Made by a program: the position numbers and the translations under genes
Source of the DNA: Blepharisma stoltei ATCC 30299
Taxonomy: Eukaryota > Protista > Ciliophora
DNA length: 64,000 nucleotides
Assembly (NCBI GenBank): GCA_965603825.1
Contig: CBFDEM010000061.1
Location: forward strand, 1-64,000
Reading direction: 5' to 3'
The notes under the pieces: generated by a model
Databases searched by the model: none
What the model was told of the DNA's origin: nothing
The model's input: the letters and a program-made list of their open reading frames with translations, nothing else
In this document: piece after piece, positions 47,746 to 61,000 of the stretch
Layout: every line of letters starts with the position of its first letter
How positions within the stretch are numbered: position 1 is the stretch's first letter

Positions 47746-50700
47746 TTATTTTTTTACTTTTTTGAGATGAGGCTTATACATACGAATATTCCTTCTCACA
47801 ATCCCTGCTTTGGTCAGCTTATGACGGATAATTTCATATAATGTTCTCGCAAAAATAGCTATTGAAGCAAATGCCTGGATCCCCATAACTGTTATTGCTA
47901 TTGCTACAATAACACTTTCAAATTCTGAAATAATTTCCTGATCTAAATTAAATAAATAAACTGATGTGGAGCTCATTATAAGTAAAATTAATGTTTCAGT
48001 CAATACATTGCATACTTGCAAAACAGAGTCTTCAAATGGCCAAAATAAAATTAAATGCATAAGAGTCATCAGAGAAAGGACAATATTAATAGTTACTTCA
48101 GTTTGTGGGTAGTCTCTTAAAAAGACCAAATTTATTATATAAATAAATCTCCTTAAAAAGAACACAAAGTAATATTGCGTTGCAAGTAGCCCACGATCAG
48201 TTCGAAATTCATAAAAAAAGGAGCTGAATAAGGCAGTAAAAGTCTTTTCTCGAGACTGGATTCTATTTCTATTTTTATAAGAAAACCAAAAATATGCTGG
48301 AGGGGTAACAACTAATGAAATATAAATAATGATACAGATAATGACATTGGTGATTTGAGTCATATTGCTAAATCCGAATGTGACCAGCCCAATACTTGCA
48401 GCAGCTCCTAGCTCAAGGTAAGATTGAATCCAAAACCTTAAGTAAAAAGAAAACTGATAAGCTTTGACAGTTTTCATAAATTTCTTACCAATTCATCTGT
48501 ATGAGCATCGAGAAAAGAAGAAAATAACTGGAAAAGCTGATAGAGAAGCCAATATCAGTGTAAAATCGTTTCCTGTAGTAATAAGAATCAAATCAGAGTC
48601 ATATCCAAATTCTTTAGCTTGAGAATACGGAATATTTCCTTCATTTTTATCTATGATATATGAAAATACATTTGGCATTATGTTAAAAGAGTTCAAATTG
48701 TTCAAAAACGTACTCATTTTGTTTGTAAAAGGGATTCCTGATAAAGTCAAGTAACTAAGAATTTGCAAAGTATTTATCATGCTCCAAAGCGAGCTTGGAC
48801 TTGGATTTACAACTGATAAAGCAATAGCCCCTGAAACAGCAGCTTGTACACCAGCTTTTGCTTGAGCTGCAACTGCTGCAACAGCGCTCGAATATGGCGC
48901 AGGGTCATACGAATTCAGAGCTGCAGAAATATCAGATGAGTTTAAGACACCATTTGAGACTGATCTCACTTGAGCTAAATCCCAAAATGTAAGAATTACT
49001 AACGACCCTTTTGAAACTTCTTCTGAAATAGATAAAGAAAGGTAATAAGAGGTACTATTTACCTGCTCCATTTTATATGAAACTTTTCCTTGACTTTCAA
49101 TAGTAATAGTAAAGTCTTTGATTGTCAAAACATTAGCAAGACTTTCTGAAAAAGTAAGGTAAAGAGAATTATCTGACAAAACAGTTAGCCATGCTGAAAA
49201 AGGGACGAGCGAGCAAGTTTTGATTCCATTGTACCCAAGATTGCAATAGCATAAATTATTATTCAAACTTGCATTTTCTACACAAGCTGAACAACTGGTA
49301 AGAGATGCACAATAAGTGCAGTAGCTTGGGCAGGAATAAAATTTACCGTCAGAACCTCTAAATCCTCCAGCCTCAAGAGGAATGCAGGTGTTATTATTAG
49401 AAGAGTCGAGGGCATAATTTAAGTCACAAATGCATGAATCAGGGTTAATCGCATTTTCTTTACAAGTTGAGCATCCTGAAGCAGAATAATCAGTGCAGAC
49501 GTCACATAATAAATTGCTACAAAGTGAGCAAGTAGGTTTCCAGTCCCTGCAGGTTTTTTTGCATTTTGTGTTACATTGGTAGCATTTATTGTAGGCAGGA
49601 CCGCTCCAATATTGATTTATTTTGCAGTTAGGGATGCATATTTGACTTGTTGGACAAACACTGCAAGTTTCAGTACAAGAGGTAGTTGATAAGCTTGATA
49701 CTGATTTGGCTAAATTGAACATCTGGATACTATAAATAAAGCCTTGATAGAAGTTATAAATGGCTGATGAGCTTGTTTGAGCGCCTATAGTCATTGTAGT
49801 ATGAGGTCCTGAATCTAGAAAAGCTCCGTATCCTGTTAAGCTTGATGGATAAGATATTCCATTTACGTAGCAAGACAACTTGTTATAGCCATTTGAAGTA
49901 GTGTCCAATGTAAATACTACGTGGCTTCATTCATTATTTTTAAGTGATCCGTCACATATATAAAATATTGGCAGTAACCCTAAATTGCTTAAAAATATAG
50001 GCTTACTATCCATTAAATTAACTGAGTAAAGAGTCGAGTAGCCATCGGAAATATTATGCTTTGATAATATAGAAGAATAAGGGCTTTCAATGTTTAGCCA
50101 TATAGAAATTGTAAAGGTTGGGGCTATCACAAGTCTTGGCGATGCATAATTTGAATACTCTGGCAGTCTTAAAATTGAAGTTTGCCCGTTAAACCAAAAT
50201 CCTCTTAAATAGGCTGGAATTGGGTCATCAGTTTCATAGTCTGGGTAAAATTGCTTTGTAGATCCAGTAACAACTGGGATCGAGCTTGCCTTATCATAAA
50301 TGACCCCGTTTAAACTATTTAAATCTAAGTCAAAAATCTTTTCTTGAACCCTTATACAATCACCTGATTTTTTTTCATATCCTAAAGGACAGCTTGTACC
50401 ACAGATTCCTGACGCCATATAATAACCACTAGCGCATGTTAAGCAATCTAGAAAGTTCGGAGATGTGCATGTTTTACAAGAAATATCGCAGAGTTCACAG
50501 ATTTCATTACCAGAATTTCAATAATACCCATCACTACATTGGCAGCTTGAACCTACTAAACTTGCATGTGTTCTACAAGAAATGCAAGTGCTTGTATAAT
50601 CATCACATATTTCACATATCACGTCTTGGCAAAGGTTACAATTTTTATCTCTTCTTACACAGCCAACAGATGAGCACCCAGATAAGCATGAATCACAGCT

Positions 50701-53700
50701 GTAGCCATTTCAGTATTTACTTATAAGACAGTTTTCTAAACAAGTATTGGAATTATCTATTGGGCACAATGAGCACCCATTACAAGAGCTTGACGTTAGA
50801 GAACTAACTGTAATTGTATTATAAATTTTTAGATCCCATAGAAACCCATTAAAAAATGACGTCAGAGTTGTGGAATCAAGATAGCTTGCCCCTATTGTTA
50901 TTATAAATGAGCTTTGCAAATCATTTAATCAGCTTGGATGCTGATTACTTGATATGTCAGTATATGTATTTGTTGTAAATTTTATAATTTGCTGAGGAGT
51001 TGCACTGATATCAGATATAGCTGAAATAAAATTCCATTGGGACAATCCAGCCTCCACTAAGGAAAGTGCACTTGTATAAGTGATTGCATTAGAATCCTGC
51101 AATGTAAGTGTAAGTGATGGATATTTGCTTACTAATTCAAGGCTCACAAATTTTTCAAATCCTCCATTGTCGGTTTGCTTCGAAAAAATGACGCCTGTAT
51201 CAGATACTGGATTTATCCAGGCTGATATCGTAAATTTTGGTGAAAAAGTAAGTAATGGGGAACCTGTGCCTGTATAAGGAGGTAACTGCATATAAGCTGA
51301 GCCAGAAAAGTAATATCCTCTATAAATAGCTGCTATTGGATCAGTTGCATCATAAGTAGGGTAAAATTTGTTATCTTTGCCTGTGAGAACTGGGATACTT
51401 GAAGCTAAATCTAGCACAATATCTTTTATTTGGTGTGGCATTAAATTAAACACTAAAAAGTCTGTATAAGCAGGGTCAGTATCACAATTGCTACCATTTA
51501 TAACATATCCAGTAGGGCAAAAAGTCATGCATAAAGATTGAATCAGATAGTAGCCTGCTGTGCATGTAAGACAGCCATTATAATCAACAGTAGAGCAAGT
51601 ACCACAAATTGTATTGCAGAGCTCGCAGGACTGAGAACTAGAGACTCATACAGCATTCGTATTGCACACACAATGGTCTACTGGTTTATGCGCATTTGTA
51701 ATGCAGCTTGCGCATTCTCCTGAAAAAGTAGTGCATGAGTGGCACTCTTTATCCCTGCAAAGTCGACAAGTTAAATCACTGACGCATCCTTGATTGCAGC
51801 CTGTCAAGCAAGCAGTGCAGCTATCAGGATATTTATCAAAATCGCATTCACTTAAACATTGGTTATTTAAAGGACAAACAGAACAGCCAGTATTGCATGA
51901 GGATGAATAGTCATAAGAATGATAAGTATCAGTGTTATAAATATATAATCTTGCTAAAAACCCATATAATCCTGAAGTCCCAAAGGTTTCATCATTTCCA
52001 ATATATAGAGTTCCTGCATTAGTGTCTTTAAAATAAATTAAAGCTGTAGTAGTAATATCGCTAAAAGCCGCTGTATTAATATAAAGACTCAGCTTAGTTT
52101 TGCCATCAGTTTGGACTTGTCCTGTGAAGGCTAAAAAGTTTCAGCTATTTATTACACTTGTTGAGGTAGTTAAAGTAGCAGTTGAAGAATCAGAAAAAAC
52201 TATTGAAAGCAAAGGGTATCCTGAGGAGTCTATAGTAGCTTTAAAAATGCCACTAGTTGTGTATTTTGTCATTAGAATTCCTGCGGTCAGTGGTTTTGTC
52301 CATAAAGAAATAGTAAATGAAGGTGACATCATAACAGTAGATGATAAATAATTGCTAAGATAAAAATAGTAGCCTCTTTTATAAGAAGGGATAGGATCCT
52401 TTGCATCTAAATTCCAGTCAGGATAAGCATTTGTACTTACAGAGCCTACATTAAAACCAGAAACCGTGTCAAGATGCACTTGGTCAGTCAAGTCTAGGCC
52501 AATTCCTAAGTCTGATGACCAATCACAAGTTTTTCCTGCAGAATTCGCACTATATCCAGTTGGGCATTCAGTTAAGCACTGCCCAGTTGGTGCAAAGAAA
52601 AAATACCCTGAAAAGCATGCTGTGCATTTTTGATAAGTTAAGCCTGTACATTGAGAACATCCAGTATAGCATGGCTGACATGAAAACCCATCATTTGAAG
52701 TTCAATATCCAAGGTCACACACGCATGGAGCAGGAGCTCCACTAGCATTAGAAACGCATTGGGAGCATTTTCCTGAGCCAAAACCAGAGCAAACAGAACA
52801 TAATAAATCATCACAAACATTACATGTAGATGCCCTGACACATCCTTTATTGCAAGAATTGCAGGCTGAACAAGAAGCACCATTTTTATAAGTAGAAATA
52901 CTGCATTCCCATAAACAAGAAGCTCCAGATGCGCAAAATGTAAAGCCACTGATAATAGTGAGAAAATCTGATATTTGGATGTTTCACAGCTGAAAATAAT
53001 AAATAAACCCAACAAATCCAGAGCTGCTTCCTTTTCCTAATTGCAAATTGGTTGACGCTTGGTCTCGATAAATTTTGCCAGAAATAGTCGTAGAGCCAGC
53101 AGAAACCCCATTAATATAAATAGAAAGAATGGAAGCATTTGAGGTGTAATAAATAGCAAGTGATAAATAAGTCCAACCAGTAAATGAAGAGGTTGGGGAT
53201 AATGTTTGTGTAGATGTTGCTTGTGCAGAGTCCTCCATTAAAGCTGTTATAGCGCCTGTTGATGAAACTGTTAGCCTTGTTTGTTTTTGTAATAAATCTC
53301 CATTAGTAGCTACATAAATTCATGCGCCCATTGAAAAACTATGTGAAAGATAGACAGAAACTGAAGATAATAAATACATGTTTCCATCAAAATAAAGCCC
53401 TCTTGCATATGTAGGAATAGGGTCATAAGTTTCAGGGGAATTAAAGTGCTGATATGTGCTTGATGATGCTCCAGTTGTAAAAATCCCATAAGATCCTTGG
53501 AAATCAGTGTCAAATAATTGATCAATTACTGCTGTTGTCACTGAAGAACAAGAAGTTCCATAGCCATATGGACAATCATTCAAACAAATAATGTCTACTA
53601 TTTGTTTTCCTGTGACACAAGTAGTGCACTCAAAATAAGTAGTTTGCTTACATACAGAACAAAGGGCATCACAAAAATCACAAGTCGCTGTACTAGAATG

Positions 53701-56700
53701 CCAAAAAGCATTTGTCTTGCATTGGCATCCGCCAGACCCATCAGCTTCTGCATTTGTAATGCAGCTTGAGCAAGATCCAGAGAAAAAAGTACATTCATAG
53801 CACTGTTTTGTCTTACAAAGTCTGCAAGTATCTGCATATCTGCATCCTTGTGTGCAAGACCCCATACAATTACTATATGTCGACCCATCATAATATTGTG
53901 TAATTGGTGCATTATCGGGACAGTTATGATCGATTGGGCAGCTTGAGCATGAAGAAATACAGCTTGAGGTTGTATAGTCGCTGTAATGCAAGTTTTCGAC
54001 GTTATAAATATTTAAGTCATACAAAAATCCAATAAAGCCGCTGGTTGTGGTAGCTTTTGTCCCAATATAAAGATAGTTTGCGCTGCGATCCTGAAAATAC
54101 ATAACATTGGATGATGATCCTGTTTCTTTCGTTAGAGAATTAAAATATGAGCTTACTGTAGTTTTATGGCTTGCATCAATTGTTCCTGCGAATGCAATAT
54201 AATTTCAACTGCCATTCAATGCATTTTCTGATAGAGTAACTGAAAAAGACGAAGAGTCCTTTAAAATAAGAGAAAGCTTAGGGTACCCTGAACCACTCAA
54301 AATTTCTAAACAAAATATTTCATTCCCTGAAACTGTTTTAGCAAGAATTGTTCCTGCTGCAGTAGGATACACCCAAATAGAGACAGTAAAATAAGGTCCA
54401 ATCACAGTATATGAGGACATATAAGTTGTGCCAGTAAAATAGTATCCTCTTAGATAGGCCGGATAAGGATCATTAGAATCATAGCTAGGGTAATAATTTG
54501 ACATAGAATTTCCTATTATGACTCCTGAAACGGAATGAAGCATTATTTTATCATAAAGAGATAAGCTTAGCCCAGTCGTTGATGAAAAATCACAGTTTTT
54601 TGTGCTTGAGTTTTCTGTATATCCTGAAGGACAGCTCAAAAGACATATCATAGAGTTGTATAAAAAATAGGTGGAGCTACAAGAAGTGCAAGAATAATAT
54701 GAAGAATCGATGCAGTGGGTACAGCCATTATAGCAAGGAGAGCATACAGCTTGATTTGTAGGCTGATAATACCCAGAATTGCAAGTACAAGGAGAGCCAG
54801 CAGCATTAGTAACACACGATGTGCAAGTTCCTGATGCAAATGATGTGCACTGGGTACATAAAAAATCATCACAAATATAACAAGATGTTCCTCTGGTGCA
54901 GCCCATTGTGCATGTACCTAAACATGATGCACAATTAGTTCCATCATAATATTCAGAGTAATCACAAGGCCATAAAGTTGATACTGTCCCTCCAGTTAAT
55001 GTGCCAATACTAGAATAGGCAGAAAAGTCACTAATGGCGACTTGTCATAGCATAAAATGAGCGATAAATCCTTTAAAGTTGCTTGAGCCTTTTCCTATGT
55101 ATAATGTTCCTCCTGAAGGCAATCTAAAAACAAAATTTGTGATGGAAGTAGATGCTGCAGCAGCATTGTTAAGATAAGGAGTAACAGTAGTAATTTTATT
55201 TGAAAATCCAACTGTATAGGAAACGTAACTCCATGTGTTTGAAGTTATAGTCTGAGTAGCAGACCAGCTTCCTGAGCTAGCGTCTCATTTTTCCAAGTAA
55301 AAAATAATATAGCCACTGGAATCAATGGTAAGTTTATTAGAGCTGTGGCTGACTAAAGTACCAGAAATAGCATAAACCCACGTACTCATGCTTCAAGTAT
55401 TGGATAAATTAATAGATCCAGCCAAATACTGGTTAGAATTAAAATAAAGCCCTCTATTTTTAGCTGGGAAAGGATCAGAAGATTCAGCAGAAGACCAATA
55501 ATTATAACTACTCGAGCTTATTGCCGTAATTAAAGCAGTTCCATAGCTCCCAGTAAATGCCCCTGTAAAATCAGCTGTTAAAACAGCAGAAGAAACAGCT
55601 GCACAATTCCCAAATCCATAAGGGCATGCATATAAGCAAACTCCTCCAATACGAACCTTTCCACTGCTGCATGCAGTATTAGACCAAGTTTGTGTACAAG
55701 TTGTCCCATAAGTGTCGCAGCATCCTGGAGCAATGCCTGTATAGCAAGCTGAGCACATTGATAAAGAATACCCAGAGCATGCACTACAGTCGACTGTTTG
55801 ACAAATACTACAGTCAGTTCCTCTTACGCACCAAGGCCAAGTAGGACAGCTAGAATCACAGTTTCCGCAGGCTGATCCAGTTCAATATTGGTTATTAACG
55901 CAATTAATAATAGGAGAAGTTGTTCCATAAGTTCTAGTGGTATCTGATCTAGCTTGCAGTCAATAAATAAACCCTCTAAATGAGTCTCCGCCAGCTACAC
56001 TCCCAATTTTTCATACATAAGTAGCCACTGTAAATCTTGCTTCTGCGTTATTTATCACTGTTGTTCCAACTCCTGAGTTACCAATATAAAAAGATACATC
56101 TACAGTGTCACAGTCCGTTTGGTCGAGCACTATTGAAGCAGAATGCCACGATGACGTATAAGCTGACGTCGCAGTCCCAGCTATACTTTTTGCATTACCA
56201 TTATCATCATATATATTTGCGGCAAGCTTGTATACATTGCTGGAATCTGCATAAATCCGCAAATATTGCGTAGAGCCTGCAATAACGTTCAAAATTTCTC
56301 CACTACTGAGAGGCATTATCCACATATTTAGAGTAAAATATAAGGCTGGGGTATAGCTTGAGCTGCTTCTTATGCCTGAAGTAGTGGCAAAATAAAAGCC
56401 ACGGTCAATAGTTGGGAGAGGAGAAGTGCGGGTGGCAGAGTTATAAGGAACTGAGCTGGGATTTGTAAATTGGTCAGCCGAGCCAGTTGAGCTTGCTATA
56501 TAAGTGCCTGTTACGTCTTGGACTGTCGAAAAGGGCAATGTAAATAAAATTGCACTATCTCCACTAGGTGCATTGCAGAAATATGTGTCTCAAAAACTAT
56601 TGTGGCTAGATGAAAAAAGTGAAGGACATCCAGCTAAGCATATTTTGTCGTCAGCGTAGTATTTGATTCCACTTTTGCATGCGCAACCAAATGCACCATA

Positions 56701-56772
56701 GTCGTTGCTATTATATGGGCAGCAGCAGAAAGTCAACCAAAGCCTGGTGAAAAAAAGCAAAATTAGAATCAT
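47746..56772 (-). CDS. Giant membrane protein D, 3008 aa: 7 modules plus ~8-TM domain; closest paralog of C
   Basis: ATG 56772 (MILILLFFTRLWLTFCCCPYNS). All sub-ORFs share one frame, and the stop is TAA 47746. Confidence 0.92.
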
Positions 56773-57086
56773 ATTAATTATAAAAATGACGTCGATAAGT
56801 TTATGAGCTAAACAAAAATAGCTATTACCGACGAATTATTTGATAAAATTATGATGATATTCAGCAATTAAGATAAGAATAAAAATCATAAAAGGTTAGT
56901 TTCTTAATATTGAAGAGACTGATCATAAGTAAAAATTAATTTTTCTTGATAAACAGTTAATTTTGATTACAGAAAAAATAATGATCTTCTAATGTTTATT
57001 CGGCTGTAAATAGTCGTAAAAAGACTCAAAATATTTTGAGAATGAACGTCTGTAATATTTTGCTGATAAGCTAAAAATTCGATTCT

Positions 57087-57127
57087 TTCTTTTAAAAATT
57101 CATCTTTGTTCTTTTTAAAAATTCATC
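57087..57127. repeat. Short direct repeat, TTCTTTT(T)AAAAATTCATC x2
   Basis: Two near-identical 18-19-nt copies in AT-rich intergenic DNA. Confidence 0.6.
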
Positions 57128-57843
57128 AATAGAAATTTAGGTTTTAAAAAATTTTTTAATTAAATAAGATGATTAATCATAATTATTATGTAAACCTGCT
57201 TACGGATTTAATAATAAAATTATAATAATGTAAATAATCTATTATGAAATATAAAAGGGTCAAAAAATATTTACGTGAGAGATAAATTTGAATTTAAATA
57301 CATGATTGGTATGATTAAATTAAATCCAATTTAATTCTGAAGTAAATCAATTAATTTTTTCAAATTCCCTTTTGTATTTGTTATGGGATCTTAAAATAAA
57401 GAAGTATTGAAATTCCAAAGCACTAATGGTGAGCTTATAATTAAAAATTATATAGCATTGACTTGCAATGCATTAGATATTGAATGAGTAATTTGAAAGT
57501 CAAAAGAAATCAGGCGATAAAATTAATATTTTCCATTTAAATAGGAGTGATAAAGCGATAGAAATAATAAATATTTCGGAAAATATTAACGTCAAATTAT
57601 CTTTATTTTTTATTTACAATAATATTAGAGGTGATTTAAAGTTTATTGCTTAAGTTTTACATTGAATAAAATTTGTAAGCCAAAGCATTTTTAAACCTGA
57701 ATTTGGTTTCAACTCCATTTTTAATAATGCTATGGTAAAATTTAGCCAAATTAGTTTAATTTCCCAATTTCGGTTTTTAAACCACAGTTGAGCAATCAAA
57801 AAGCTGAATTAAAATGCTGTTTGCTTTCAAAGACTGATAAAAC

Positions 57844-57882
57844 CAAGCTTAGGATATAAGTAAGCAAGCTTAGGATATAAGT
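57844..57882. repeat. Short direct repeat, CAAGCTTAGGATATAAGT x2
   Basis: Two exact 18-nt copies 3 nt apart, with a partial third copy (AGGATATAAAGT) near 57921. Confidence 0.7.
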
Positions 57883-58088
57883 TTGTAATTAAAGAATATG
57901 AGATGCCTTCTTCTAAAAAGAGGATATAAAGTTTTATACTTTTAAGAATGTTTAAAATATAAAGGCAAAATAGGTAGCATTTAGCTGAGCAGAACCCATT
58001 TATTGCTAAATATATTAAAATTCCTTATTATATATCAACGACTAATTACTTTATTTCGAATATATTTAATTTCATTAAAATTTTGTAT

Positions 58089-61000
58089 TTATTTTTCAAC
58101 TTTTGAAACTTGAGTTTTATATGGGTGAACGCTTCGTTTTACAATCCCTGCTTTGGTAAGCTTATGATGGATAATCCCAAACAAAGTCCTTGCAAAAATG
58201 GCTACTGAAGCAAATGATTGAATTCCCATAATAGCTATCACAATTGCTACAATTCCATTTTCAATAGTTGAAACAATATCCTGGTCTAAATTAAATAAAT
58301 AAACTGAGGATGAGCTCATTATCAAAAAAATTGAGATTTCAGTCAATAAATTACATACTTGCAAAATTGAGTCTTCAAATGGCCAAAAGAAAATTAAATG
58401 CAAAATGGTCATCATAGAAAGAACGACGTTAATAGTCACTTCTGTTTGTGGATAATCTCTTAAGAAGACTAAATTTATTATATAAATAAATCTTCTTATA
58501 AAGAACACAAAGTAATATTGTGTTGCAAGTAGCCCACGATCAGTTCGAAATTCATAAAAAAATGAGCTGAATAGATCTGTAAATGTTTTTTCTCGTGATT
58601 GGATCCGATTTTTATTTTTATAAGAAAACCAAAAATATGCTGGTGGGGTAACAACTAATAGAACATAAACAGCTGAGCAAATAATAAAATTTGTTATTTG
58701 AGTGATATTGCTAAAGCCAAGCGTTATAAGTCCAACACTTGCAGCTGCTCCCAGCTCTAGATAGCATTGTATCCAAAATCTTAAATAAAAGGCAAATTGA
58801 TAAGCCTTAACTGTTTTCACAAATTTCTTCCCTACCCACCTGAATGAGCATCGCGAAAAGAAGAAAAAAATTGGAAAAACTGATAGAGAAGTCAATATTA
58901 AAGTAAAATCATTTCCTGTAGTTATTAATATCAGATCAGTGTCAAACCCAAAATTCTTTGCTTGAGAGTAAGGAGTATTTCCTTCATTTTTATCAATGAC
59001 ATACTTAAAAACATTTGGAAATAAATTAAAAGAATTCAAATTGTTCAAAAAACTGCTCATTTTGCTAGAAAAAGGGATTCCTGATAAAGTCAAGTAGCTA
59101 AGAATTTGCAAACTATTCATCATACTTCATAGAGAACTTGGATTTGGATTCACAACAGATAAAGCAACAGCTCCAGAAATAGCAGTTTGGGCACTAGCTG
59201 TAGCTTGAGAAGTGACTGCCGCAATGGCTGGAGAATAAGGTGCAGGATCATAAGAGTTCAAGGATATTGAGATTTCTGATGAATTTAAGACCCCATTAGA
59301 AGCTGACCTCATTTCGGTTAAATTTAAAAACTCAAGAGTAGCTATAGTGCCTTTAGATATTTCTTCTGATATTATTAAAGATATATAGTAACAAGTGTTA
59401 TTAAGCTGCTCTAGTTTGCATGAAATTTTACCTTGCTTTGCAATTGTTATAGTAAAATCATTTAGAGTAAGGCTCTCAGCAAGATTGTCTGAAAAAGTGA
59501 GATAAAGAGAATTGTCAGATAAAACGGAAACTTTCACTGAAAAATTAACTAAAGTACAATTTTTCGTGCCATTGTAGCCTAGATCACAATAGCATAGATT
59601 ATTCTTTAACCTTGCGTTTTCTACACAAGCAGTGCAGTTAGTAAGAGACTCACAACTAATACAGTAGCTTGGACACGAGTATAAAATTCCATCAGGACCT
59701 CTGAATCCTCCAGCTTCCAGAGGAATGCATGTATTATTAGTGGAAGTGTCAAGGACATAATTTACATCACAAATGCATGAGTCAGGGTTAATCGCTTTTT
59801 CTTTACAAGTTGTGCAGCCAGAAGCAGAATAATCAGTGCAGACGTCACATAATGAATTGCTACAAAGTGAGCAAGTAGGTTTCCAGTCCCTGCAGTTTTT
59901 TTTGCATTTCGTATTACACTGATAGCATATATTATAAGCAGGGCCGCTCCAATATTGATTTATTTTACAATTAGGGATACAGATTTGACTGATAGGACAA
60001 GCACTGCAGGCTTCAGTACAAGAGGTAGTCGATAGGCTTGATACTGATTTGGCAATATTAAACATCTGAATACTATACATAAAGCCTTGATAGAAATTAT
60101 AAATAGATGATGCACTTACTTGAGCTCCTATAGTCATTGTAGTATGAGGACCAGCATCACTAAAAACTCCATATCCTGTCAAACTAGGAGAATAAGATAT
60201 ACCATTTATAGAGCAAGACAATGTATTATAGCCACCAGAAGCAGTCTCCAATGTAAATGCTAAATGGCTCCATTCATAAATTTTAAGTGATGCTTCACAT
60301 ATATGAAAAATTGGAGATAAGCCTAAAGAGCTTGAAATTATAGGCTTGCTGTCCATTATCGATATATAGTAAAGCGTTGAATAATCATTAGAAATGTTAT
60401 GTTTTGACAATATAGCAGAGTATGGGCTCTCAATGTTTAGCCATATAGAAATTGTAAAGGTAGGGGCAATCACAAGTCTTGGCAATGTATAATTTGAATA
60501 CTCAGGCAGTCTTAAAACTGAGGATTGTCCATTAAATCAAAATCCTCTTAAATAAGCTGGAATTGGATCATCAGCTTCATAATCAGGATAAAATTGCTTT
60601 GTTGACCCAGTAACGACTGGTATTAGGCTTGCTTTATCATATATGACTCCATTCAGTGTATTTAAATCTAAGTCAAATATTTTTTCTTGAACCAGCACAC
60701 ATCCACTTGGAGTTGAAGAATACCCTGACGGACAGCTGGACCCACAAATTCCTGACGCCATATAATAGCCATCAGCGCATGTCAAGCAGTCTAAATAATT
60801 CCAAGATGTGCAGGTTTTACAAGAAGAATCACAAGCTTCGCAATTTTCAGTACCAGAATTTCAGTAATACCCATCATCACATTTACAGGTTGTGCCTACT
60901 AAATTTGCATATGTTTTGCAAGTAATGCAGGTATTTGTATAATTATCGCATATTTTGCATATGATATCTTGGCAAAGGTTACAAGTGTTATCTTTTCTAA

